Assembly (NCBI GenBank): GCA_021777555.1 | Contig: JAJYDK010000016.1 | Coordinates: 5,178-69,177 of the forward strand | Length of the DNA stretch: 64,000 nucleotides | DNA from: Pseudomonadota bacterium | GTDB lineage: Bacteria > Pseudomonadota > Gammaproteobacteria > Steroidobacterales > Steroidobacteraceae | Direction: 5' to 3' | Part shown: piece by piece, positions 19,013 through 27,658 of the stretch | How positions within the stretch are numbered: position 1 is the stretch's first letter | Layout of the letters: each line of letters opens with the position of its first letter | The notes under the pieces: generated by a model | What the model was told of the DNA's origin: nothing | The model's database searches: none | Seen by the model: only the letters and a program-made list of their open reading frames with translations | Position numbers and translations under genes: made by a program

Positions 19013-20169
19013 TGCGTGTCCTTTTCGTATCGGACGTCTACTTCCCCCGGGTCAACGGCGTCTCGACCTCCATACGGACATTCCGGGGCGACCTGGCACG
19101 CCTGGGAGTCGAGACGGTGCTGGTCGCACCGGAGTATCCGGGACAGGCCCCCACGGGCGAGCCTGATGTGATTCGCGTGCCCGGCGGGCGCGTGCCCGGC
19201 GATCCCGAAGACCGGCGGATGCGCTGGCGGCATCTGTATCAATCGCTGCAGAGCCTGCCCGCCGACGAATTCGACCTGGTGCACATTCATACGCCGTTCA
19301 TCGCGCACTACGCCGCGGTGAGATACGCGAGGCCGCGGCGCATCCCCTGCATCGCCACCTATCACACGTTCTTCGAGGAATACCTGCACCACTACGTGCC
19401 CGCGCTGCCGAGACGGATCGGCCGGGGACTGGCGCGCACGTTCACCCGATCGCAGTGCGCCGACGTGCGGGCGTTGGTGGCGCCCTCCGAGCCACTGCGG
19501 CAGGTGTTGCAGGACTACGGAGTCGACACGCCGGTGCACGTCATCCCGACCGGGTTGCCGGCGGACCGGTTCACGCCCGGAGATGCCCGCCGATTCCGGG
19601 CGCTCGCGGCGTTACCGCCCGAGCGTCCCCTGGTCACCTACGTCGGGCGGGTGGCGCACGAGAAGAACATCGACTTCCTGGTGCGCTCGTTCGTGCGGGT
19701 GCGACAAGCGGTTCCCGAGGCCCTGCTGGTGATCGCCGGCGAAGGGCCCGCCCGCGAGGGGCTGCGCCAGCAGGTCGAGGCGCTCGGACTCGGGCGCGAC
19801 GTGCATTTCGCCGGCTACCTGGACCGAGACACCGCGCTGTTGGATTGCTATGCCGCGGCCTCGGTGTTCGTGTTCGCATCACGCACCGAGACGCAAGGCC
19901 TGGTGCTGCTCGAGGCGATGGCGCAGGGCACACCCGTCGTGTCCACCGCAGAGCTCGGCACCCGCTCCATCCTCGCGCCGGCCTGCGGCGCAATCATTGC
20001 CGAGGAGCGCGAGGAGTCCTTCGCCGCGAGCGTCATCCGCGTGCTGACCGATGAGAGCCTGCGCCGCACCCTCTCGGAGCAGGGCCGGACCTACGCCCGT
20101 GGCTGGTCATCCTCGGCCATGGCCGCCCGCCTCGGGGAGTTGTATCACTCCATCCGGCGCAAGGGGTGA
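19012..20169 (+). CDS. Glycosyltransferase family 4 (GT-B, GT1 clan)
   Basis: The N-terminus is MRVLFVSDVYFPRVNGVSTSIRTF and the EX7E region is ETQGLVLLEAMAQG. The ATG at 19012 overlaps the PAP2 stop (TGATG). The longer track ORF from 18697 is an artefact. Confidence 0.9.
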   Translation: MRVLFVSDVYFPRVNGVSTSIRTFRGDLARLGVETVLVAPEYPGQAPTGEPDVIRVPGGRVPGDPEDRRMRWRHLYQSLQSLPADEFDLVHIHTPFIAHYAAVRYARPRRIPCIATYHTFFEEYLHHYVPALPRRIGRGLARTFTRSQCADVRALVAPSEPLRQVLQDYGVDTPVHVIPTGLPADRFTPGDARRFRALAALPPERPLVTYVGRVAHEKNIDFLVRSFVRVRQAVPEALLVIAGEGPAREGLRQQVEALGLGRDVHFAGYLDRDTALLDCYAAASVFVFASRTETQGLVLLEAMAQGTPVVSTAELGTRSILAPACGAIIAEEREESFAASVIRVLTDESLRRTLSEQGRTYARGWSSSAMAARLGELYHSIRRKG

Positions 20170-20240
20170 GAGCGGGGCGAGTGAGGCCCGGAGCAAGAAG
20201 ACGCGAGGATACTGAGCTTCACGCCACCTTGTGTTCGCGC

Positions 20241-21131
20241 ATGGATGATTGTATGTTGTCGCCCAAACAGGGTGGATATAACGACAACATCGTGCCCAGG
20301 GGGACGCTCGAGGTCATCGAGTTCGATCCACGCCAGGAAGGCCCGGCGGTGCTTGAGTGCGCTCCTGAAGCATCGTGTCTCGTTCCAGACCTTCTCAGCC
20401 ATGTCAGGCTGAGATACCGCGCCGTCACCAGCGCCATCGTGGCGTTCGTGGTCCTCGCACTGCATGCGCTGGTGCTCGCCCCGCTGCTGCTCCGCGGGTC
20501 ATCCGGCATTCCAGCCCCCAGGTACGGAGCGCTCACCCTCATCCAGGCGACACTGATCGACGATCAGTCGGCCTTTGCGATCGCTCCGCCCGCGCTCTCC
20601 CAGCCGGACTTGCGGCCGATCCACGTCAATCTTCCGGACAGTCCGAGCCGCAATGCCGATCCAGGCCTCGCCGCCCTCTACGGCCGTTATCTCGGCCAGA
20701 TCCATGCCCGGATCGACCGGGCCTGGCTGAGGCCTCGCAGCGCCATCGGAGCGCCGATGTTTCGCTGCCAGGTGGAAGTCTGGCAGCGCCGAGACGGGAC
20801 AGTGCAAACCCTCACGCTGCAGCACTGCAATGGCACGACGCGCTGGCAGCAGTCCCTCGTCCAGGGGATCGACGACGCCTCTCCGCTGCCGGCGCCCCCC
20901 GATCCCGCGGTGTTCGCCCGCCGCGTCGTCCTGCACTTCCAAGCCGTGGCGTATGCGCCGGGCCAGCGCGCTGGAGAGTACGAGCGGGCGCGGCCGACTC
21001 TGGCGGACGACCCGAAAGCCGCCGGGCCTTCACCGATCCTGTCGCTCCGGCAGGCGGTCGGGGCGTCACACCGAGGCGTGATCCAGCTTCGCATCACCGG
21101 TTCCCAGATCGAGATCGAGCCGCAACGTTAG
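20241..21131 (+). CDS. Membrane-anchored protein with a TolA/TonB C-terminal-like domain
   Basis: It has a single TM helix (AIVAFVVLALHALVLAPLLL). The C-terminal region matches the TonB_C/TolA pattern (Y...I...I...W..P, FRCQVEVWQRRDGTVQTLTLQHCNG, ASPLPAPPD). The start is uncertain, at 20166, 20241 or 20253. Confidence 0.5.
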   Translation: MDDCMLSPKQGGYNDNIVPRGTLEVIEFDPRQEGPAVLECAPEASCLVPDLLSHVRLRYRAVTSAIVAFVVLALHALVLAPLLLRGSSGIPAPRYGALTLIQATLIDDQSAFAIAPPALSQPDLRPIHVNLPDSPSRNADPGLAALYGRYLGQIHARIDRAWLRPRSAIGAPMFRCQVEVWQRRDGTVQTLTLQHCNGTTRWQQSLVQGIDDASPLPAPPDPAVFARRVVLHFQAVAYAPGQRAGEYERARPTLADDPKAAGPSPILSLRQAVGASHRGVIQLRITGSQIEIEPQR

Positions 21132-21178
21132 ATCGCGTGAATCGAGAACATTCACCATTGACGGATCCAGGGTGGACT

Positions 21179-24100
21179 ATGAAGAAGAACACGGTCAAGG
21201 CATGGCTTCTTGCACTAGCTCTTCCGGGCGCATGGTCTCCCGCCCACGCCAACGTCGGGCGCACGCCGGCAACGTTCCACGTCGACCGATACGGTGCGGC
21301 CACTTACACGGTTCCCATCTGGGCTCCCCGCGGACCCAATGGACTCGAACCTCAGATCGCGCTCACCTATGACAGCCAGGGCGGCAGCGGCTACATGGGG
21401 GTGGGGTGGTCGGTGTCCGGCATCAGCTCGATCTACCGGTGCAATCGGACCACCGCGCAGGATGGCACGCCCGCCCCGGTCGCGCTCACCTCGAGCGACG
21501 CGTTCTGCCTGGACGGCGAGCGGCTGCAACTGACCGGCGGCTCTTACGGCGTGGCGGGCTCCACCTACCAGACCGAAATCGCCACTTTCGAGCAGGTGAC
21601 CGCCTACGGGACGGCGGGCAATGGTCCGGCGTACTTCGTCGTCCAGGCGCCGAACGGAACGCAGTACGAATACGGCAACGGCGGCGGCTCGGAGGTGCTT
21701 GCGAGCGGCACCAGCACCGCCATGCAGTGGTACTTGGATAAGGTCACGGACCGCGCCGGCAATACGATGACCTTTGCGTACACCGACAGCACGGGGTCGG
21801 CCGTACCGAGCACGATCTCCTGGACCCCGACCAGCCATGGCGCGACCTCCTACGCCTACTCGATGCAGTTCGCCTACGGGACGAACGCCTCGGCAAGCTC
21901 AACATACGGCTATGTGGCGGGCACGACGGTCACGAACACGAATCTCTTGTCCTCGATCACCGTCAATTACCAGGGCGCCACGGTCAAGAAATACGCGCTC
22001 ACCTATCAGAGCTCCACGACATCGGGCCGGGACGAGTTGACCCAGGTGAAGGAATGCGCCGATGCGGCCGAGACCAATTGCCTCTCGCCGACCACCTTTT
22101 CCTACCAGACCTCTTCGGCCGGCGTTGAGACGAGCGCGACCGCTGCGACTGCGAGCGCGCCCGTCAATCTGGTCTGGAACTACGATTTCAACGGGGATGG
22201 CCGTGACGACCTTGCCTACTGCACCGCAGCGCCGAGTCTTACCGTTGAGGTGGCCTTCGCGTCCTCGAGCGGGTACGGCACGCCAATCAATACGGGCATA
22301 CCGTGCGAAACCAGCGGCGTGGATACGGCTCTATTTGGCGACGTGCTCGGAGACCACCGGGACGGCATCCTCGCCGTCCATAGCGGCACCTGGTACGACT
22401 ACCAATGGAACGGCAGCTCCTTTGTCGGTCAATCGACGGGGCTCGCCTTTCAGTCTGCCGTTCAATATGTGCTGGCCGACGTGACCGGCGATGGACGGCC
22501 CGATCTGATCTCACTGAATTACATTGGCTCGAGTTTGCCAACGGGCATGACGATCGACGTGCGGCTCAACACGAGCTCCGGATCCACCGCATCGTTCTCG
22601 TCCACCAATGCGCTGTGGTACAGCCTGTCACTCCCCTCGAACCTCGCAGCCATCTGGGCGAACATTCAAAGCACCTCGGACGGACAAAACCAGAGCCTGG
22701 GGAGCGGCGCTCTGAGGCATCTCGACTTCAATGGAGACGGACGTGATGATCTGGCGTTCGAGTATCAGACCATGATCTGTATATACATAAGAAACGTGTG
22801 CCATGATGAATACCAGGATCACGCGGACGAGCTCATATCGACGGGCAGCGGCTTCTCGACCACTCAGATGGCGACGGCCTCGACAATGACCTTTCCGGGT
22901 GTCGAGTTCCTGAACTTCAACTCTGACGCATGCACGGATTACCTCTATAACAGCATCATCTACGTCTCCGGCTGCAACGGGACGCTGCCGGCCACGGTGA
23001 CGGTGCCCTCCTCGAGTGTGGTCGGCGCCATGGACTGGAATGCGGACGGTCGCACCGACATTCTCGTCAACAACGGCGGCACCATCGGGGTCTACGTGTC
23101 CACTGGAACAGGTCTCACGGGCCTCGTCTCGACCGCCATACCGTATAACGCCAATGACGTGTACTTCGCCTTCGATCCGAACGGAAACGGACTTGATTCT
23201 CTTGGCGCGTCGAATGGCAGTTCCGTTTCGTATTACGCCCACAATGGTGCGGCAGATCTGTTGGCGTCCGTCACCGATGGCTACGGCAATACGATCAAGC
23301 CCACGTATGTCACGCTTGCACAGGGCTCGGGATCGACATATACCCCCGCAAACGATGCGCAGTTTCCTTATGAAAATTACACTGGCTCGCTGTATGTGGT
23401 GAATCAGGTCACTTACAGCGATCCGTCCAACCCTCCGAACGCCACCTATCAGCGGACCCACTATTACAGCGGGGCCTGGATGAACCTTCAGGGCCGGGGC
23501 TTCGCGGGGTTCGAGACCGCCTCCGTCTACGACTCGCGCAATCAGCTCTATACACGGCGCGCCTTCGATCTGACCTTCCCATACACGGGCATGCTGTCCT
23601 CGGAAGCGGTCACGGAGAATTCCGCCGGCGGCCAGGTCGTTTCATCGATCTCGAATACGCTTGCGGACACGACGTTGTCATCGACTTCCGGCCGACAGCG
23701 CTACTTTCTCTATGTCTCGGCATCGGCACGCAAGCAATATGCCGTGGGCGGCTCGGATAATGGCGCGCTCGTCACCAGCACCTCGCGCAGCTATTCGTAC
23801 GACAGCTACGGCAATCCGACCTCGATCTCGAGCACCGTCACGGACGAGGACGGCGGCTCGCCCGACTATGGCGACTCCTGGACCACCTCCGTCACCGATA
23901 CGCCAGACGTCAACGCCGGAACGTGGTGTCTCCGGCTCATCAGCCAGTCAGTGGTCTCCTACTCCGCCTCAAATGGCAGTACACCCGTCTCTCAGACCCG
24001 CGAGTACACCCCGGATACCAGCAACTGTCGCTACACGCAGATCGTGACGGATCCCTCGAGCAGCAGCTATGCGGTGACCGAGACACTGGGCTATGACAGC

Positions 24101-27100
24101 TTCGGGAATATCGATAGTGATACCGTGACGGGCGCCGGTATGGCCGCGCGGACCACGGCCGCGAGCTGGGGTACGACAGGGCAATTTCCGATGTCCGTCA
24201 CGGATCCGACGGGTGCCTCCACGAAGTTCAATTACGACTTTGCGTATGGCCTGGTGAGCAGCGACACCGATCCCAATGGCCTCACCACGACCTGGCAGTA
24301 TAACGATGGCTTTGGCCGTGTGACTCGGGAGACGAGACCGGACGGAACGTACACCACGTGGAGCTACAGTCCGTATTCCGGTTCGGACCCCAAGCCGCGG
24401 ATGGTGGTGACAGAGCAACCGCACGATACGCAGGGCAATGTCATCTCGACCACGTCCGAATACCTCGACAGGACCGATCGACCGTACATCACGGACAAGA
24501 CGTTGCTCGATGGCACTGCCGCCACGGTCATGCAGCGGACGTATGACGCCTTAGGCCGGGTGGTGTCCAGCCAGGAACCCTATGAAGGCAGCACCGTGGG
24601 GGCATTGACGTATTCCTATGACCTCCTGGGCCGCGTGGTCGAGGTGCAGCGCCCCATCAGCGCCACCGACAGCTCACCGGAGACATGGACCTATCAATAC
24701 GACGGCCTCACGGAGGTCATCACGGATCCAAACGGACACACACGCGCGCTGGCCCGCGATCCCGCCGGCTGGCTGCGGCGCAGCACGGACGACCTCGGCT
24801 ACGCGATAGACTTCGGATATGACGCGGCGGGAGACCGGGATCAGGTCACCGACAGTCAGGGCAATACGCTTTGGACGGGGTCGTACGCCTATGGCATCAA
24901 GCCATTCTTGACCGGCGAGACGTCCATGGACAGAGGGGCCTGGGGCTATACGGTGGATGCCCTCGGTGAGCGCACAAACTGGACCGACGCCAAGGGTCAG
25001 CACTTCTCCGAGACTTACGATGCCTTGTCTCGGCCCCTCACTCGGTCGGAGCCGGACTTCTTCACCCAGTGGACCTGGGGCTCGAGCGCGGCGAATCACA
25101 ATGTGGGCAGGCTTGCGAGCGTCTGCACGAATACCGGAACGAACCCCACCGCCTGCTCGAGCACCGGGGGAGAGTCCGAAAGCTGGACCTACGACGGCGA
25201 CGGAAGGCTCTCCCAGCGCGCCATCACGCTCCCGTCAGAGGGCACATTCACCTACACTTGGCAATACAATGCCGCCACAGGATTCCTGCAGAGCCTCACC
25301 TACCCGACCGGGTCGAGCGGCCAGGCGCTCACGCTGCAATATGCCTACGCGTACGGGTACCTGCAGTCGATCACCGACACACTCGACTCGCCGAACATCG
25401 TGGTCTGGAAGGCCGACACCATGAACCCGGCCGGCCAGGTCACCCAGGACACCCTCGGCAATGGGATCATCACGACCCGGGCCTTTGACGCCGTGACGCA
25501 CTTCCTCACTTCGGTGCAATCCGGCGAGGGCGGCGGCACCGGAGTGCAGAACATGAGCTTCCTGTACGATCCGGCCGGCAATGTCACTCAGCGCCAGAAC
25601 AATAGTCTCGGCCTGACCGAGGACTTCTACTACGACGGGGACAACCGGCTGAGCTACTCCACGCTGAACGGCACCCAGAACCTGTCGCTGACGTACGATG
25701 TGATGGGCAATATCACCAATCGGAGCGACGTGGCGAGCAACGGGACGTGGACCTATGATCCCAATCACAAGCACCAGGTGACCGAAGCGGGTAGCACTGC
25801 ATACAAGTACACGTACGATGCGAATGGAAATATGGCTTCGAGGGCGGGCGGCGCCATCAGCTGGACCAGCTATAACTATCCAAGCATCATCAATGATAGT
25901 GCTACTGGGATGACCATTGACCTTTATTATGGCCCGGGTCGCAAGGTGTGGCTGGAAACAACTCAGAGTCCGCCCCAAGGATGGGTCCCGGGGCAGACGA
26001 CCGAGACCTACAGGATTGGCGATCTCATGGACATCGTGTCCAATGGGGGCGGCATTAGCGACCGTGACTACATATTTTCAGGAAGTCAGCCTGTGGCAGT
26101 CGACGCGCGGACGCAAACCAGTAACACCTTCTATTACTTCCAGAGCGATCAACAGGGCAGCATCGCTAGTGTCACGAATGCTTCGGGACAAGTGGCGGTC
26201 AATGAGAGCTTCACGGCCTACGGGGCTCGCAGAAATCCAGCCACGTGGTCCGGCGCACCCTCGAGTACCGATCTCTCTACAATCGCAGGCATAACTCAAC
26301 ACGGCTACACTTTTCAGCGCGTACTCGGCGAGCAGATTGCCCTCAACGATATGGTAGGAAGGGTGGAGGATGCGATCATAGGAAGATTCCTGTCGGCAGA
26401 TCCGACAGTCCCGAATGCGACCGACCCACAGGATTGGAATGACTACAGCTACACGGAGAATAATCCACTGACCTACGTGGATCCGACGGGATTCAAGGAC
26501 AAGAAGAAGGGAATCACTGCGAGCGGCGGCGCAGGTGTTATCGCAGGCGGGGCGGCTGGTAACGGAGGCGCGGGCGGCTCTGGATCATCCAGCACGCCTA
26601 TGAGCGTGCCGGCACTCTCTGAGGTCGATATTTCCGGTTACAGCGGCAACCTTGCGAGCGACATCAGCATGTCTATCCTCGCTGGGTCTGGAAATGGGTA
26701 TGCCATTGACGAAACCAATGGAGGTTTGGCCTATTCTTGGGGTTCGCGAAGTGCCGGAACGCCGCAAAGTAATCCGCCAAAGACAACGTTGCAACCCGTA
26801 ACAGTCACGGCAACGCGGTTGCCAGATTTCGCGCATATCAGTTTCTCATTTCCCTTCGAGAACGAATTCACGGGACCCTTCCTGGGAATAGGGCTTACAT
26901 TCACGATTGACAGATACGGCGATGTGTATGTCTCCGTCAACGGAGTGGCTGGTTTACCGTCAGCAAAAGGCGCGAGCGGCATGGCTGGTTGGATGAATGG
27001 CTCGAGCACGCCATCTCAATCTCAACTGAGCGGAATGCTGTCAAGTTGGGGCGGTGGTGCACAAGTGGGATACGGGGGCCTCGGGTTTGGCTTTTACGGC

Positions 27101-27205
27101 AATAGTTCTGGCACCTCGGAGAGCGGAGGTCTGTCGAGCCCGGGCGCATCAGTGTATGGAGGTTACACATGGGAAGTGGGTTCGGTAAGCTCTTGGCATT
27201 GGTGA
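21179..27205 (+). CDS. Secreted SpvB/TcB-N + FG-GAP/VCBS + RHS (YD-repeat) polymorphic toxin, 2008 aa
   Basis: It has a Sec signal peptide (MKKNTVKAWLLALALPGAWSPAHA) and an SpvB-type N-terminus (TYTVPIWAPRGPNGLEPQIALTYDSQGGSGYMGVGWSVSGISSIYRC). Repeated DFNGDGRDDL / DVTGDGRPDL / DWNADGRTDIL motifs are followed by dozens of YD repeats. The RHS core ends in GRFLSADP...YSYTENNPLTYVDPTGF. The track ORF start at 20375 overlaps the upstream gene and is an artefact. Confidence 0.9.
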   Translation: MKKNTVKAWLLALALPGAWSPAHANVGRTPATFHVDRYGAATYTVPIWAPRGPNGLEPQIALTYDSQGGSGYMGVGWSVSGISSIYRCNRTTAQDGTPAPVALTSSDAFCLDGERLQLTGGSYGVAGSTYQTEIATFEQVTAYGTAGNGPAYFVVQAPNGTQYEYGNGGGSEVLASGTSTAMQWYLDKVTDRAGNTMTFAYTDSTGSAVPSTISWTPTSHGATSYAYSMQFAYGTNASASSTYGYVAGTTVTNTNLLSSITVNYQGATVKKYALTYQSSTTSGRDELTQVKECADAAETNCLSPTTFSYQTSSAGVETSATAATASAPVNLVWNYDFNGDGRDDLAYCTAAPSLTVEVAFASSSGYGTPINTGIPCETSGVDTALFGDVLGDHRDGILAVHSGTWYDYQWNGSSFVGQSTGLAFQSAVQYVLADVTGDGRPDLISLNYIGSSLPTGMTIDVRLNTSSGSTASFSSTNALWYSLSLPSNLAAIWANIQSTSDGQNQSLGSGALRHLDFNGDGRDDLAFEYQTMICIYIRNVCHDEYQDHADELISTGSGFSTTQMATASTMTFPGVEFLNFNSDACTDYLYNSIIYVSGCNGTLPATVTVPSSSVVGAMDWNADGRTDILVNNGGTIGVYVSTGTGLTGLVSTAIPYNANDVYFAFDPNGNGLDSLGASNGSSVSYYAHNGAADLLASVTDGYGNTIKPTYVTLAQGSGSTYTPANDAQFPYENYTGSLYVVNQVTYSDPSNPPNATYQRTHYYSGAWMNLQGRGFAGFETASVYDSRNQLYTRRAFDLTFPYTGMLSSEAVTENSAGGQVVSSISNTLADTTLSSTSGRQRYFLYVSASARKQYAVGGSDNGALVTSTSRSYSYDSYGNPTSISSTVTDEDGGSPDYGDSWTTSVTDTPDVNAGTWCLRLISQSVVSYSASNGSTPVSQTREYTPDTSNCRYTQIVTDPSSSSYAVTETLGYDSFGNIDSDTVTGAGMAARTTAASWGTTGQFPMSVTDPTGASTKFNYDFAYGLVSSDTDPNGLTTTWQYNDGFGRVTRETRPDGTYTTWSYSPYSGSDPKPRMVVTEQPHDTQGNVISTTSEYLDRTDRPYITDKTLLDGTAATVMQRTYDALGRVVSSQEPYEGSTVGALTYSYDLLGRVVEVQRPISATDSSPETWTYQYDGLTEVITDPNGHTRALARDPAGWLRRSTDDLGYAIDFGYDAAGDRDQVTDSQGNTLWTGSYAYGIKPFLTGETSMDRGAWGYTVDALGERTNWTDAKGQHFSETYDALSRPLTRSEPDFFTQWTWGSSAANHNVGRLASVCTNTGTNPTACSSTGGESESWTYDGDGRLSQRAITLPSEGTFTYTWQYNAATGFLQSLTYPTGSSGQALTLQYAYAYGYLQSITDTLDSPNIVVWKADTMNPAGQVTQDTLGNGIITTRAFDAVTHFLTSVQSGEGGGTGVQNMSFLYDPAGNVTQRQNNSLGLTEDFYYDGDNRLSYSTLNGTQNLSLTYDVMGNITNRSDVASNGTWTYDPNHKHQVTEAGSTAYKYTYDANGNMASRAGGAISWTSYNYPSIINDSATGMTIDLYYGPGRKVWLETTQSPPQGWVPGQTTETYRIGDLMDIVSNGGGISDRDYIFSGSQPVAVDARTQTSNTFYYFQSDQQGSIASVTNASGQVAVNESFTAYGARRNPATWSGAPSSTDLSTIAGITQHGYTFQRVLGEQIALNDMVGRVEDAIIGRFLSADPTVPNATDPQDWNDYSYTENNPLTYVDPTGFKDKKKGITASGGAGVIAGGAAGNGGAGGSGSSSTPMSVPALSEVDISGYSGNLASDISMSILAGSGNGYAIDETNGGLAYSWGSRSAGTPQSNPPKTTLQPVTVTATRLPDFAHISFSFPFENEFTGPFLGIGLTFTIDRYGDVYVSVNGVAGLPSAKGASGMAGWMNGSSTPSQSQLSGMLSSWGGGAQVGYGGLGFGFYGNSSGTSESGGLSSPGASVYGGYTWEVGSVSSWHW
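26495..27202 (+). other. Variable C-terminal (toxin) domain of the RHS protein, Gly/Ser-rich, unassigned
   Basis: This 236-aa stretch begins right after the DPTGF core boundary. It has a GxxxGxxxG run (GAGVIAGGAAG), a hydrophobic beta-like core (FAHISFSFPFENEFTGPFLGIGLTFTIDRYGDVYVSVNG), and a Gly/aromatic tail (GGGAQVGYGGLGFGFYG). It has very few charged residues or His. Confidence 0.6.
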
Positions 27206-27221
27206 CACGCACGAGGTCATC

Positions 27222-27473
27222 ATGAGGAAGATAGTCATTGTCGTTGTGCTGTTGGCGTTCTCAGCGATCTCCGCGTATCACGCGATCTGGGCTCGAGAGA
27301 TAAGGGATCGGCAGCTGATTAAATTGGAGCGTTTTCATGAAAAGGATAGCCGCATGTTGCGATTCAGTAGGAAATTGATGGGCGCTTCGTACGTCTTCAG
27401 CTTTCGTTTGATCGGCTCCGTAGGGGCTCTTGTGCTGCTGGTCCTGGCGATTTACGTTGTGATACACGGCTGA
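27222..27473 (+). CDS. Small two-TM membrane protein, candidate cognate immunity protein
   Basis: The 83-aa ORF starts 17 nt after the RHS stop. It has two hydrophobic helices (IVIVVVLLAFSAISAYHAIWA and YVFSFRLIGSVGALVLLVLAIYVVI). Its GC is as low as the toxin tip. Confidence 0.5.
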   Translation: MRKIVIVVVLLAFSAISAYHAIWAREIRDRQLIKLERFHEKDSRMLRFSRKLMGASYVFSFRLIGSVGALVLLVLAIYVVIHG

Positions 27474-27658
27474 CGCATCTCTGATGGATGCGACATGAGG
27501 TGATGAGGAGGAGGCGGGACACCGAAGGGGCCTTCCAGGAGACCTCGGTGGCGGTGTGTGGGGCGCATTGCGATCGACGCCCCCCCCCCGGGGTTGCATG
27601 CAGGATAGGCGCGGAGCGAGTTTTGTAGCCCAATTGGCTACAACGGTCAGCGGTGGCG

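Noticed and set aside
20375-21178. The 268-codon N-terminal extension of the RHS ORF in the track.
   Set aside because: It overlaps the TolA-like gene in another frame and is Arg/Pro-rich nonsense. A canonical Sec signal peptide begins at the ATG at 21179.
27580-27593. A C10G4 homopolymer tract between the immunity candidate and the ORF6N gene, and a G9 tract at 50561-50569 next to the radC stop. I considered both as phase-variation switches.
   Set aside because: Both are intergenic and downstream of the stop codons of the flanking genes. Neither lies within a promoter spacer or coding frame, so length changes would not obviously switch anything.
27623-27643. The hairpin ttgtagcc-caatt-ggctacaa after the ORF6N stop, considered as an intrinsic terminator.
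   Set aside because: No U-tract follows it on either transcript strand, and the stem is only 8 bp with moderate GC. That is too weak to call.
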